Shown here: positions 9,635 through 19,959 of the stretch, in pieces
Layout: the number at the start of each line of letters is the position of its first letter
How positions within the stretch are numbered: the stretch's first letter is position 1
Assembly: GCA_049860595.1 (NCBI GenBank)
Contig: CP187551.1
Length of the DNA stretch: 64,000 nt
Strand: one strand, 5' to 3'
DNA from: Methanocaldococcus sp. 16A
GTDB lineage: Archaea > AGJL01 > Methanococci > Methanococcales > Methanocaldococcaceae
Notes under the pieces: model-generated
What the model saw: only the letters and a program-made list of their open reading frames with translations
Told to the model about the DNA's origin: nothing
Databases searched by the model: none
Made by a program: the position numbers and the translations under genes

Positions 9635-10504
9635 GTGATGACTATGATAATTTTAAGAAATGAGATTTGCGATAAATTGGAAAAAATAGTTAAAAATTTA
9701 AAGATAGTTAAACACTGCATTGGCTGTGAAGGGATAGATTTAGAGATAGAAAATCCTCATCATCATCCCTCAATAGAATTAACACAAAAGTGCAATTTAA
9801 ACTGTATTTATTGTTATTCTAAACTAAAAAATGTAAAAAGAGGAATTTATGGAAATTTAGAAGAGGCAGAGGCAGTTACCATATCTCAATATGGAGAGCC
9901 GTTATTGGATTTGGAAGGAGTAAAAAAAGGTATTGAATTTAGTAAAGATTTAGGACTAAGAGTTGATTTACAAACAAATGGTATTTTATTAAATGGAAGA
10001 ATTATAGAGGAATTTAAAGATTTAGGTTTAGATTTGATAATGATTAGTTTGAGCACTTTTAGTAGTGAGAAATATAAATTATTGACAGGAAAAGATTATT
10101 TTGAGAGAGTTTTAAATAATATAAAAATTGCTTCAAAATATTTGCATACAATTGTTAGAGCAATTTATATTCCAGGATTTAATGATAATGAGCTCTTAAA
10201 TTTAGCTAAAGAACTTAATGGCTACGCTGATGAAATTATGGTTCATCAACTCATATCTTACAAAGAGAACTTAAGTTTTTTAAAAAATGCTGGGATAGAT
10301 TTGAATAATTTGGGAAAAATTAGAGATTTACTTTTAATAGTTGATGAAATGCAAAAAAATGTACCTAAAATTAATGTCACTATTAAAGGATGCTTATTAG
10401 TTCAATTAAAGGAGATGGATGGTTTTATATTAAATAATATAACTTATGATGTGTTCTCGGAAGTTCCAGATATTAAAAGAGAATATAAGCCCTTACCATG
10501 GTGA
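9635..10504 (+). CDS. Radical SAM protein of unknown function
   Basis: CNLNCIYC (CxxxCxxC), GEPLL, QTNG; extra N-terminal HCIGC. Confidence 0.85.
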   Translation: MMTMIILRNEICDKLEKIVKNLKIVKHCIGCEGIDLEIENPHHHPSIELTQKCNLNCIYCYSKLKNVKRGIYGNLEEAEAVTISQYGEPLLDLEGVKKGIEFSKDLGLRVDLQTNGILLNGRIIEEFKDLGLDLIMISLSTFSSEKYKLLTGKDYFERVLNNIKIASKYLHTIVRAIYIPGFNDNELLNLAKELNGYADEIMVHQLISYKENLSFLKNAGIDLNNLGKIRDLLLIVDEMQKNVPKINVTIKGCLLVQLKEMDGFILNNITYDVFSEVPDIKREYKPLPW

Positions 10505-10508
10505 TTTT

Positions 10509-11111
10509 ATGGATTTTGAGATTTTTGACACTGATTATATAACAATAATTTTTGTTAAAGATAAATTAGATTATACTGGAAGAGAGATAGAGCCATTATG
10601 GGCATTTAAAACCTTTGATGTCCAAAAAGATAGTATAATTGTTTTTAGAGGTAAGATGAATGTCTCTATAGAGAATATGAAAGATTTGAAAGACATAAAA
10701 AGAGAAAAAGATATAGAGATTCCAATAAAATCAGAAGATGCTATAAATTTTGTTGTAGAGCATTTTGATGCCATTGATTTAAAGACAATATATTTAAGGC
10801 AGAGATTGTTGGTTTTTATAGCTAAGGAAGTAATTGAAAGTTATAATATAAGATTAAAAAGAGATGGAGATGATTTATACTTTGAAGATAAAAAATTATC
10901 TGTTTGTATAGCATGTAAAGGAACTGTTTCAGCAAAAATACATTTGGGGATAAATGTTAAATCTAAAGGAGCAGAGCATGTTAAAATTATTGGATTGGAA
11001 GATTTAGGAATAAACAATGTTAATGAGGTTATGAGAAAGATAGCAATTAAATATGCTGAAGAAATAAATAAGATTGAGAGAGATTTGAGAAAAACATTGC
11101 CATTAATATAA
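10509..11111 (+). CDS. DUF366 family protein (biotin/lipoate ligase-like fold)
   Basis: YTG.EI.PLWA, FVVEHFD, RQRLLV, RDGDDLY, KKLSV.IA and KIHLGINV; ATG follows a GGTGAT RBS. Confidence 0.75.
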   Translation: MDFEIFDTDYITIIFVKDKLDYTGREIEPLWAFKTFDVQKDSIIVFRGKMNVSIENMKDLKDIKREKDIEIPIKSEDAINFVVEHFDAIDLKTIYLRQRLLVFIAKEVIESYNIRLKRDGDDLYFEDKKLSVCIACKGTVSAKIHLGINVKSKGAEHVKIIGLEDLGINNVNEVMRKIAIKYAEEINKIERDLRKTLPLI

Positions 11112-11136
11112 TTAAAATGTAATTAGGTGGAATTAA

Positions 11137-12135
11137 ATGCTACACATAATTTACAAATTTTTTATAAATTTCTGGAATTTTTTGAATGATTTAGCTATTT
11201 ATATAATAATTGGATTGTTAATAGCTGGAATTTTAAAATATTTTTTACCTGATGACCTTATTAGAAAACATCTTGGGAATCCTACAACTTCATCAGTTGT
11301 AAAAAGTGTTATATTTGGAATTCCATTACCTATTTGCTCCTGTTCAGTAATTCCAATAGGTGTATCTTTAAAAAGGAGTGGAGCAAATACGGCCTCTGTT
11401 TTATCTTTTTTAATAGCTACGCCTGTAACTGGAATAGATTCTATATTAGTGACTTATGGAGTCTTTGGAGGTATTTTTACAGCTTTTAGGGTTTTATCAT
11501 CTGTTTTTATATCATTGTTTGCTGGAATTTTAGGAAATATTTTTATTAAAGAAGAAAATGAAGAAATAATAAGAAAAAGAAAGGTTAAAAAGAGAAAGAA
11601 GAAGAAAAATTTAAAAAATGCTATTAAAGAGATTATTAACTACTCATTTAATGAGCTTTTTTCACCATTAGCAAAGCCATTATTATATGGGATTATTCTT
11701 GGGGCAATTATCTCTCTAATTCCTATAGATATCTCATCCTATGTGGATAATTTGTTTCTACAGTATATTTTGGTTTTGTTATTATCAATTCCAATTTATG
11801 TTTGTTCAATATCTTCAATCCCTATAGCTTTATCTCTCATTAAAATTGGTTTCTCTCCTGGCTCTGCTTTGATATTTTTAACTGCTGGACCTGCTACAAA
11901 TATTGTAACTATGACAACAATTTATGAAATTTTTGGAAAAAAGGCATTAGCAATATATTTATCCAGCATAATTATTGGTAGTTTTTTATTTGCATTTTTA
12001 TTTGATTATCTTATAGGAGATATTGGTGTTAAAACACCTATTAGCGTCTCTCATCATTTACATATAAGTGAGATATTTGCGGTTATTCTTATTATTCTAA
12101 TAACTTATCATTTAGTTAAACAATGGAAAAAATAA
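11137..12135 (+). CDS. Permease, DUF318/ArsP family (probable metal/metalloid transporter)
   Basis: GIPLPICSCSVIP, FLIATP, PIYVCS and FLTAGPATN motifs; multiple TM helices. Confidence 0.82.
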   Translation: MLHIIYKFFINFWNFLNDLAIYIIIGLLIAGILKYFLPDDLIRKHLGNPTTSSVVKSVIFGIPLPICSCSVIPIGVSLKRSGANTASVLSFLIATPVTGIDSILVTYGVFGGIFTAFRVLSSVFISLFAGILGNIFIKEENEEIIRKRKVKKRKKKKNLKNAIKEIINYSFNELFSPLAKPLLYGIILGAIISLIPIDISSYVDNLFLQYILVLLLSIPIYVCSISSIPIALSLIKIGFSPGSALIFLTAGPATNIVTMTTIYEIFGKKALAIYLSSIIIGSFLFAFLFDYLIGDIGVKTPISVSHHLHISEIFAVILIILITYHLVKQWKK

Positions 12136-12136
12136 T

Positions 12137-13156
12137 TTAATATATAGGAATTTCTGCCTTACTCAGTTTTTCAAATCTATTCTTTTTAATTAAATATAAA
12201 TCTTCTATCCTTACACCAAATTTATTTTTTAAATATAGTCCTGGCTCAATTGTTATTATCATACCTTCTTTTAAAATAATATTTTCAGAATCTTTTAATT
12301 TATTTGATAATCTTGGCTCTTCATGAACTTCTAACCCAACACCATGCCCTAAAGAGTGGATAAATAGCTCTTTATAATCACCAAAGAACTCTCTAACTAT
12401 ACTATCAAGTTGTTTAGCAGATATCCCTTCTTTTAAATATTCTTCAGCAACTTTTTTTGCTTCATAGACTAAATTATAGATTTTTTTCATCTCTTCATCA
12501 TCTTTTAATAAAAATGTTCTTGTTATATCTGAACAATAGCCATCATAAACAGCTCCAATGTCAATTAATAAAATATCCTCTATTTTATCTTTTGTAGGTA
12601 AAGCATGAGGGAAAGAAGTTTTTTTACCAGAAACAACAATAGAATCAAATGCTGGCTTTATTGAACCATGCTTTTTTATAATATATTCTATCTCAGCCGC
12701 TAATTCATATTCATTTAGATTTTTAACATCATCTAAATTATTTAAAACCCAATTTATGGCTTTATCACTAATCTCAGCAGCTTTTTTAATTAATTCTATT
12801 TCTTCTTTATCTTTAATCATTCTTAGCTCTTTAATTTTGTCGGATATTATTTTATACTTTTTATCAATATATTTTAAATAACTAATTGGTAATTCCTTCT
12901 CAACTCCATCACATCCTTTAAATATCTCCTCCCAGCTTTTGAACTCTCTAATTTCTAAAAAGTTAAAAAGTTCTTCAGCATAATCTTTATCAAGTTTTCC
13001 AACATATAAACATGGCTCTTCTTCAAAAACTAAGATAGAAAAGCTCATAAAGTATTTTCCTAAGAAGTAATTTATGTTTTCTTTTTTAAATATGACTGCC
13101 TTTTTTATACCTTCACTTTCCATATATTTTAAAAATCTCTTAATCCTATTATTCAT
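12137..13156 (-). CDS. pepQ: Xaa-Pro dipeptidase / M24 peptidase
   Basis: LRMIKD, DIGA..GYCSDITRT, HSLGHGVGLEVHE, TIEPGLY and GVRIED. Start placed at 13156 behind a GGTGAT RBS; the longer ORF runs into a repeat. Confidence 0.9.
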   Translation of the reverse strand: MNNRIKRFLKYMESEGIKKAVIFKKENINYFLGKYFMSFSILVFEEEPCLYVGKLDKDYAEELFNFLEIREFKSWEEIFKGCDGVEKELPISYLKYIDKKYKIISDKIKELRMIKDKEEIELIKKAAEISDKAINWVLNNLDDVKNLNEYELAAEIEYIIKKHGSIKPAFDSIVVSGKKTSFPHALPTKDKIEDILLIDIGAVYDGYCSDITRTFLLKDDEEMKKIYNLVYEAKKVAEEYLKEGISAKQLDSIVREFFGDYKELFIHSLGHGVGLEVHEEPRLSNKLKDSENIILKEGMIITIEPGLYLKNKFGVRIEDLYLIKKNRFEKLSKAEIPIY

Positions 13157-13184
13157 CAATATCACCACATCATTTATTGATAAA

Positions 13185-13309
13185 TTATAGTTTTGTGCAA
13201 AATAAATTAACTCTATATGGAAAATTATGGAAAATTTGAATGTTTTCCAAAAGGAAGACATTCAGAATAATACATTATTCATTTTAACCACTTTTGCTCA
13301 AAACTATAA
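13185..13309. repeat. Palindromic MITE-like repeat, family B, copy 1
   Basis: Terminal IR TTATAGTTTTGTGCAAAA (13185-13202) / TTTTGCTCAAAACTATAA (13292-13309), 17/18 match; internal hairpin TGAATGTTTTCC-AAAA-GGAAGACATTCA (13237-13264). Confidence 0.85.
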
Positions 13310-13321
13310 ACATGTGATATT

Positions 13322-13828
13322 ATGATTATTTATAAGGAAATATCAAAGCTGAATAAAAAATTTCCTTTGCTGAATGAAGAAAAAATACTCTTAGGAACTG
13401 ATGGAAGTGTAACAAATATTTTAGAGATTTTGTTTGAAGATATTTGTATAGTTGAGACAATTAATCAAAAAATTATTGATAACACAAACTATAGGGAGGT
13501 TATTCTTAAAGTTAATGATATCCCATTAGTTTATGCAGTATCAAAAACACCTTTTAAAAACATTGAGGAAGAGAACCTTAGAGAAGAAATAAAAAAGGAT
13601 TTACTCTCTGCAGATATCCCGATAGGTAAAATTATAAGAAAACACAACTTAGAAACAAGAAGGGAGATTAAATCTATTGGTATTGCTGAAATTGATGATT
13701 ATCTAAAATCTCTCTTAAAAACAAATTATAGCAGATTACCAAAAAGAACATATAACATAATATACAAAAATAAGATATTGATGGAAATTACTGAGATATT
13801 TGCTATCAGAGGAAAATTAGTAGATTAA
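13322..13828 (+). CDS. Chorismate pyruvate-lyase-like protein (DUF98/UbiC family)
   Basis: LLGTDGSVT, YREV.L, PLVYAVS, DIPIGKI...LETRREI and ITEIF motifs. Confidence 0.85.
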   Translation: MIIYKEISKLNKKFPLLNEEKILLGTDGSVTNILEILFEDICIVETINQKIIDNTNYREVILKVNDIPLVYAVSKTPFKNIEEENLREEIKKDLLSADIPIGKIIRKHNLETRREIKSIGIAEIDDYLKSLLKTNYSRLPKRTYNIIYKNKILMEITEIFAIRGKLVD

Positions 13829-13919
13829 GAGGCGTTGCTTCCGTAAGGAAGCAATGCATCAATTTTGATGAAACTTTATTAAAGTTTCTTACGGAGATAT
13901 TTGCTATTAGAGGAAAGTT
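13788..13919. repeat. 31-bp direct repeat of the UbiC-like gene 3' end flanking a double-hairpin element
   Basis: TTACTGAGATATTTGCTATCAGAGGAAAATT (13788-13818) vs TTACGGAGATATTTGCTATTAGAGGAAAGTT (13889-13919). Between them lie GCGTTGCTTCC-GTAA-GGAAGCAATGC and GAAACTTTATTAAAGTTTC. Confidence 0.85.
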
Positions 13920-13938
13920 GTAATATTTTGGTGATTTT

Positions 13939-14940
13939 ATGAGAGAGGCAATGTTTTATGAGAAATTAGATGATAATAAAGTTAGATGCAACATATGTCC
14001 AAGACATTGTATAATTAAAAATGGGGAGAGGGGCTTCTGCTGGAATAAACAAAATATAAATGGTACTTTATATGCTGTAGGTTATGGAAAAGTTTGCTCA
14101 TTAGCAATTGACCCAATAGAAAAAAAGCCGTTGTTCCATTTCCATCCAACAACTCAAGTGGTTTCTTTAGCAATTGGAGGCTGTAATTTTAGATGCTTAC
14201 ACTGTCAAAATTGGACAATTTCCCAATTTCCACCAGACCAAATACCATATAGAGAGATGACACCAGAGGAAATAGTTGAGATTGCTATAAGATACAACTG
14301 CCCAGGAATATCTTATACATACACTGAACCAACAGTATATTATGAGTTCATGTACGATACTTCAGTTGTAGCAAGAGAGAAAGGGCTATTTAATGTCATG
14401 ATTACCAATGGTTATATTGAAAAAGAACCATTAAAAGCCCTTCCAGTGGATGCAATGAATGTAGATATTAAAGGAAATGCTGATTTTTATAAAAAAGTAT
14501 GTAAAGCTACTTTAGAGCCAGTATTAGAAACCTGCAAATTAGCAAAAAAATTAGGAATACATGTAGAAGTAACGAATTTAATAGTTCCAGGTTATAATGA
14601 CAATATAGATGATTTGTTATTTATAATACACTTTGTAAGAGATGAGTTAGGAAAAGAAACCCCTCTACATTTTTCAAGATTTCATCCGGACTATAAACTA
14701 ACTGATGTCCTACCAACACCAATAGAAACCTTAGAGATGGCAAGAAATTTAGCTATTGAAGAGGGGCTTAAGTATGTTTATATTGGAAATGTCCCTGGGC
14801 ATGAGGGAGAAAACACCTATTGCCCAAACTGTGGAGCTTTGTTAATAGAAAGGTATATATTCAACGCTAAGATAATTAATTTAGATGTAGAAACAGGAAG
14901 ATGTAAAATTTGTGGAGAGAAAATTGATATTATTATTTAA
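13939..14940 (+). CDS. amrS: AmmeMemoRadiSam system radical SAM enzyme
   Basis: C..CPRHC N-terminus, DPIEKKPLFHF, GCNFRCLHCQNW.ISQ, TYTEP, HFSRFHP and C-terminal CPNCG/CKICG. Confidence 0.9.
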   Translation: MREAMFYEKLDDNKVRCNICPRHCIIKNGERGFCWNKQNINGTLYAVGYGKVCSLAIDPIEKKPLFHFHPTTQVVSLAIGGCNFRCLHCQNWTISQFPPDQIPYREMTPEEIVEIAIRYNCPGISYTYTEPTVYYEFMYDTSVVAREKGLFNVMITNGYIEKEPLKALPVDAMNVDIKGNADFYKKVCKATLEPVLETCKLAKKLGIHVEVTNLIVPGYNDNIDDLLFIIHFVRDELGKETPLHFSRFHPDYKLTDVLPTPIETLEMARNLAIEEGLKYVYIGNVPGHEGENTYCPNCGALLIERYIFNAKIINLDVETGRCKICGEKIDIII

Positions 14941-14953
14941 TTTAAGAATTTAA

Positions 14954-15009
14954 CGCGATGATGAGTGCCGACTTCCCTGAACTGTGATGACACCTGGGAC
15001 AACTGAGCG
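14954..15009 (+). ncRNA. Archaeal C/D box methylation-guide sRNA
   Basis: Box C ATGATGA 14958-14964, 12-nt guide, D' CTGA 14977-14980, C' GTGATGA 14984-14990, 12-nt guide, D CTGA 15003-15006, terminal CGC/GCG stem. It is a GC-rich island in an AT-rich spacer followed by a T-tract. Confidence 0.9.
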
Positions 15010-15052
15010 TTACTATTTTTTATTAATTAATTAGAACATATTTGGTGGAATT

Positions 15053-15658
15053 ATGAGATTACTAACCTTAGAAGAGGGAAAATTTGCAGTAAAATATGCA
15101 AGGGCAGTTATAGAAAACTATTTAGCTGGTAATAAAGTAATTATAGAGAATTATCCTCCCATATTTAATGAGAAAAGAGGATGTTTTTGCACTCTCCACA
15201 CATATCCAGATAAGGAACTTAGAGGATGTATTGGGATTCCAGAGCCAATAATGCCTTTAATTGAAGCTTTAAAAGAAGCAGCAATAAGTGCAGCTACAAA
15301 AGACCCAAGATTTATTCCAGTAACATTAGAAGAGATGGACAACATTGTGATTGAAGTTAGTATCTTAACCCCTCCAGAACTTATTAAAGTTAGAAATCCA
15401 AAAGAGTATTTAGAGAAAATAAAAATTGGTAGAGATGGATTAATTATAGAGTATGGATTACATAGAGGGTTGTTATTGCCTCAAGTACCTGTTGAGTATG
15501 GATGGGATGTTGAAGAATATTTAGCTAATTTATGTCTAAAAGCAGGACTACCACCTGATATGTGGTTAGCTGAAGGAGTTAAAATTTATAGATTTGAGGC
15601 ACAGATATTTGAAGAAATTGAGCCAAGAGGAGAAATTTTTGAGAAAAAACTTTTATAA
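15053..15658 (+). CDS. amrA: AMMECR1 domain protein (AmmeMemoRadiSam protein A)
   Basis: ELRGCIG, AATKDPRF, EVSILT, GLLLPQV and CLKAGL motifs. Confidence 0.92.
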   Translation: MRLLTLEEGKFAVKYARAVIENYLAGNKVIIENYPPIFNEKRGCFCTLHTYPDKELRGCIGIPEPIMPLIEALKEAAISAATKDPRFIPVTLEEMDNIVIEVSILTPPELIKVRNPKEYLEKIKIGRDGLIIEYGLHRGLLLPQVPVEYGWDVEEYLANLCLKAGLPPDMWLAEGVKIYRFEAQIFEEIEPRGEIFEKKLL

Positions 15659-15666
15659 AACCTAAA

Positions 15667-16998
15667 TCAAGATGAAGATACTGCTTTATATATTTTTCTT
15701 GCTTCTTCATCCACTAAATCATAAACTTTTATAACTTCATCAGAAATTATTTTTAAAGTTTCTGTTGGAAAGGTTTCAACGAACACAGAGATTAATTTAA
15801 TATTATGTTCATTTTTAAATTTGTCAAATTCTTTTAAAAACGCATCATTTACTTCAGCATAGCCATCAGTTATCAATAAAATATCTGCATTTTTGAAGGT
15901 ATCGTTTTCGTTTATTATTTTTATTGCTCTATTTAATGGCTCTATGAAATTTGTTCCCCCACCAAAGTATAAGGAGGCAATTTCAATTATTTCATCTATG
16001 GTTATATTCTTAGGGTTTATCTTTTTTTCAAATCTAACTCCATCATCAAAGGCAATATAATATATCTCTCTATTTTCTCTCTTAGCAATCTCTATTAAAG
16101 ATAAAGCAACCGCCTTTCCCCAAATTTCCCTATCTCCATACATTGAACCACTATGGTCTAATAAAACTACAATCGGTCCTTTTTGCTTTTCCAATTTATT
16201 TTGAATATCATAAATTAAGAGCTTTTTATCAACAAATCTTCTTAAAAAGTCATAATACAAAATCTCATCTGAAAAATTCGCAATCTCTTTTGGTAGTAGA
16301 TGCTTTAAATCTCTCCCAATTTTTGTAGAATAAATTTCACCAGAGTAATGTTTAATCTTCGATTTGTATTCATTTATGGCTAGTAATCTTAATTTACCAA
16401 GTTTTTTCACAATCTCTCTAATTTTTTTATTCTGTAGAATTTTATCTGCCAACTTTATTCTTTCATCTGGAGATAACAGCTTTTTATCCCCCTCCCCTCT
16501 ACCAAAATTCTCAACGGCATTAAATCCTTGCATAATTTCAGAAACTTCTTCTGATATGTCTTTCATTGTTTCTTTGGCAGTTTCTTTTAATTTATCTTCC
16601 AATCCTTCTCCTTTTCCTTCAGATATAAATTTTTTTATCTCTTTATTTAGCTTTTTAAGTTTTAGATTTTCAAAAAATTTTTCACAAAACATTATTGTGG
16701 CAGTTCCAGCATTTACTTCATCCAATTCAGTTAAAAGCTTATTTTTTTCATACTCAATATTTTTTATAGCACCTTCTAATATTGCCTTATTTATCTTAAA
16801 TTTTTCTTCAACATGCTCATTAAATTCAACAACATATTTAAAGAAGGCATAAAAGGTATCTTCAGCTAATTTTTCATGGATTGGATGGAATTGAGAATAA
16901 TAGCTAAGGAGTTTTTGCAAATATTTGCTATTCTTTAAAAATCTTTCAAATGCCTTTTTATCATAGGTATCATGTTTTATGACATTTTTCATAAGCAA
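15667..16998 (-). CDS. VWA domain protein (ViaA-like)
   Basis: LLPKE, KGPIVVLLDHSGSM (MIDAS DxSxS), GGTNF and LITDG. Confidence 0.85.
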   Translation of the reverse strand: MLMKNVIKHDTYDKKAFERFLKNSKYLQKLLSYYSQFHPIHEKLAEDTFYAFFKYVVEFNEHVEEKFKINKAILEGAIKNIEYEKNKLLTELDEVNAGTATIMFCEKFFENLKLKKLNKEIKKFISEGKGEGLEDKLKETAKETMKDISEEVSEIMQGFNAVENFGRGEGDKKLLSPDERIKLADKILQNKKIREIVKKLGKLRLLAINEYKSKIKHYSGEIYSTKIGRDLKHLLPKEIANFSDEILYYDFLRRFVDKKLLIYDIQNKLEKQKGPIVVLLDHSGSMYGDREIWGKAVALSLIEIAKRENREIYYIAFDDGVRFEKKINPKNITIDEIIEIASLYFGGGTNFIEPLNRAIKIINENDTFKNADILLITDGYAEVNDAFLKEFDKFKNEHNIKLISVFVETFPTETLKIISDEVIKVYDLVDEEARKIYKAVSSS

Positions 16999-17012
16999 TC
17001 ACTTAAAATTGT

Positions 17013-18143
17013 TTATTTTTTTAATAATTCTTCAACATATTTTTTGAATCCTTCAACTTCCTTCAAAACATCTTCAACAAGCTCATAAGGTTTATTAGCT
17101 TCAATTGCTTTATTTTTTACATCTTTTAAGGTTATAGACATACTATTTAGCTTCCCTAAAATTTCAAGGCATTTTCTATACTCTATTCCTCCTAACTGTA
17201 TTCTATCTTTATTAATTTTCTTTATCTCATTCATTAAGCTGTCTAAAATTTCTCTCTGCTCCAAAGCAAAGCCAGCAAAGTGATTAGATAATTTAAAAAT
17301 TTCAACTGAAACTTTAAAGAATTCATCCGGCTCATTCCAGTAAATATGCCTTAAAATGTCTAAATCATTCTCATCTGCTTTTTCTTTTTCGTTTAGGTAG
17401 GAGAAGCATTTAACTGCCTTAACTGACTTTTTAAACCTTCTATCAGAGATTTTTATTCCTTCACTCTCCAATGATAATTTTATTTTAATCAAATCTTCTT
17501 TTATATTTGAGATATCAACTTTTGAAGCTTCTTTTTGCATTTCTCTAATATCTTCAACATCAATAACAGTTTTTGGCTTATATTCATCTTCTAAATCAAT
17601 CAGCTTTGATAGGTTTTCATAGCTTCTAATACCTCTAACCACTTTTCTAAACAAAAATCTATCATAAAAAGCTAACAGCTCATTTTCTTCTGGGAGTTCA
17701 TTTGAAGCTCCGAAGAGGCTAATTAAAGGCACTTTCTCTATCCTATCCCCATTGTGATATATCCTTTCATTAATTATTGAAAGTAGAGCGTTTAATATGG
17801 AGCTGTTAGCTTTAAAAACCTCATCTAAGAATGCTATCTCTGCTGTTGGCAGATAACCAGAAGTTTTTCTAACAAACCTATCATTGTCTTTCAACTCTTT
17901 AATACTTAAAGGTCCGAATAACTCATCTTCGGTTGTAAATCTTGTTATGAGCTTTTCGAAATAATTGGCATTAATATGTGAGGCAATAGCCCGAATTAAT
18001 TGTGATTTAGCAACTCCAGGATTTCCTAAAAAAACTGTATGTTCATTAGCCAAAATTGAAGTTAATGCAATATCTATTTCTTCCCTCCTCTCTAAAAAAT
18101 AAGTGTTTAGCTCCTCTCTTATTTTTTCAAGCATATTTTCCAC
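17013..18143 (-). CDS. MoxR-family AAA+ ATPase (RavA-like)
   Basis: GNPGVAKS, RFTTEDELFGP, FLDEVFKANSSILNALL, GASNELP and YDRF. Confidence 0.88.
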   Translation of the reverse strand: MENMLEKIREELNTYFLERREEIDIALTSILANEHTVFLGNPGVAKSQLIRAIASHINANYFEKLITRFTTEDELFGPLSIKELKDNDRFVRKTSGYLPTAEIAFLDEVFKANSSILNALLSIINERIYHNGDRIEKVPLISLFGASNELPEENELLAFYDRFLFRKVVRGIRSYENLSKLIDLEDEYKPKTVIDVEDIREMQKEASKVDISNIKEDLIKIKLSLESEGIKISDRRFKKSVKAVKCFSYLNEKEKADENDLDILRHIYWNEPDEFFKVSVEIFKLSNHFAGFALEQREILDSLMNEIKKINKDRIQLGGIEYRKCLEILGKLNSMSITLKDVKNKAIEANKPYELVEDVLKEVEGFKKYVEELLKK

Positions 18144-18893
18144 CTAAATTTTATATTTATTTAAATAACCTCTTGGAGTTATCATCTTGTCGTTTATAAT
18201 TTTTGTTGAAGAATTCCCAATGATTAATATTGTATTCATATCTATAAACTCCAAGTATTTTTCTAAGTTATTATAAAGCTCCTTAAAGTTTGTAATTAAA
18301 ACTTCTTCTTTATCTCTTCCGGCATTTTTAACTATTCCAATAACGTAATCTTTATCTTTTGCAAAATCGTTTAGTATTTCTATAGCTTTTAAAAATGGCT
18401 CCTTTCTCTTTTTACTTAATGGATTGTATATGCAGATAACAAAATCTCCTTCTAACGCAAATCTAAATCTTTTTAATATTAAATCCAGAGGTGTTAATAA
18501 ATCACTAAAGCTTATGACAACAAAGTCATGATTTAATGGACTTCCTAAGATTGCAGAAGCTAATGAAGCAGCTGTTATCCCTGGAATAACTTTTATATCT
18601 ACATTGTATCCTTTAGCTTCGTTTATCTCATAAGCTAAAGAAGCTAAGCCATAAATTGTTGCATCACCACTTGAGACTAAAGCAACATCTTTATCTTTTG
18701 CCTCTTTTAAAGCATAATCAACTCTATCAATCTCTTTTGTCATACCTGTTGTATATATTGGCTTATTAAATCTCTCAACAAACTTTTTGTAGTTTTTATA
18801 ACATACAATTAAATCTACGTTATTTAATATCTCTTCTGCTTCTTTTGTAAAATGCCTTTCACTGCCACTACCTATACCTACAACAAATAGCAT
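18144..18893 (-). CDS. cobJ: Precorrin-3B C17-methyltransferase
   Basis: VVGIG, VSSGD..IYG, IPGITA, GSPLNHDF..ISFSDLLTP, YNP.S, DM.T..IGNS.T and MITPRGY. Confidence 0.92.
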   Translation of the reverse strand: MLFVVGIGSGSERHFTKEAEEILNNVDLIVCYKNYKKFVERFNKPIYTTGMTKEIDRVDYALKEAKDKDVALVSSGDATIYGLASLAYEINEAKGYNVDIKVIPGITAASLASAILGSPLNHDFVVISFSDLLTPLDLILKRFRFALEGDFVICIYNPLSKKRKEPFLKAIEILNDFAKDKDYVIGIVKNAGRDKEEVLITNFKELYNNLEKYLEFIDMNTILIIGNSSTKIINDKMITPRGYLNKYKI

Positions 18894-18930
18894 ATTTTCA
18901 ACCATTAAAAAATAATTTAATTAAATTTAA

Positions 18931-19959
<1,029 letters not shown>

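Noticed and set aside
13157-13261. N-terminal extension of the pepQ ORF
   Set aside because: It runs through the family B repeat; a good RBS precedes the ATG at 13156.
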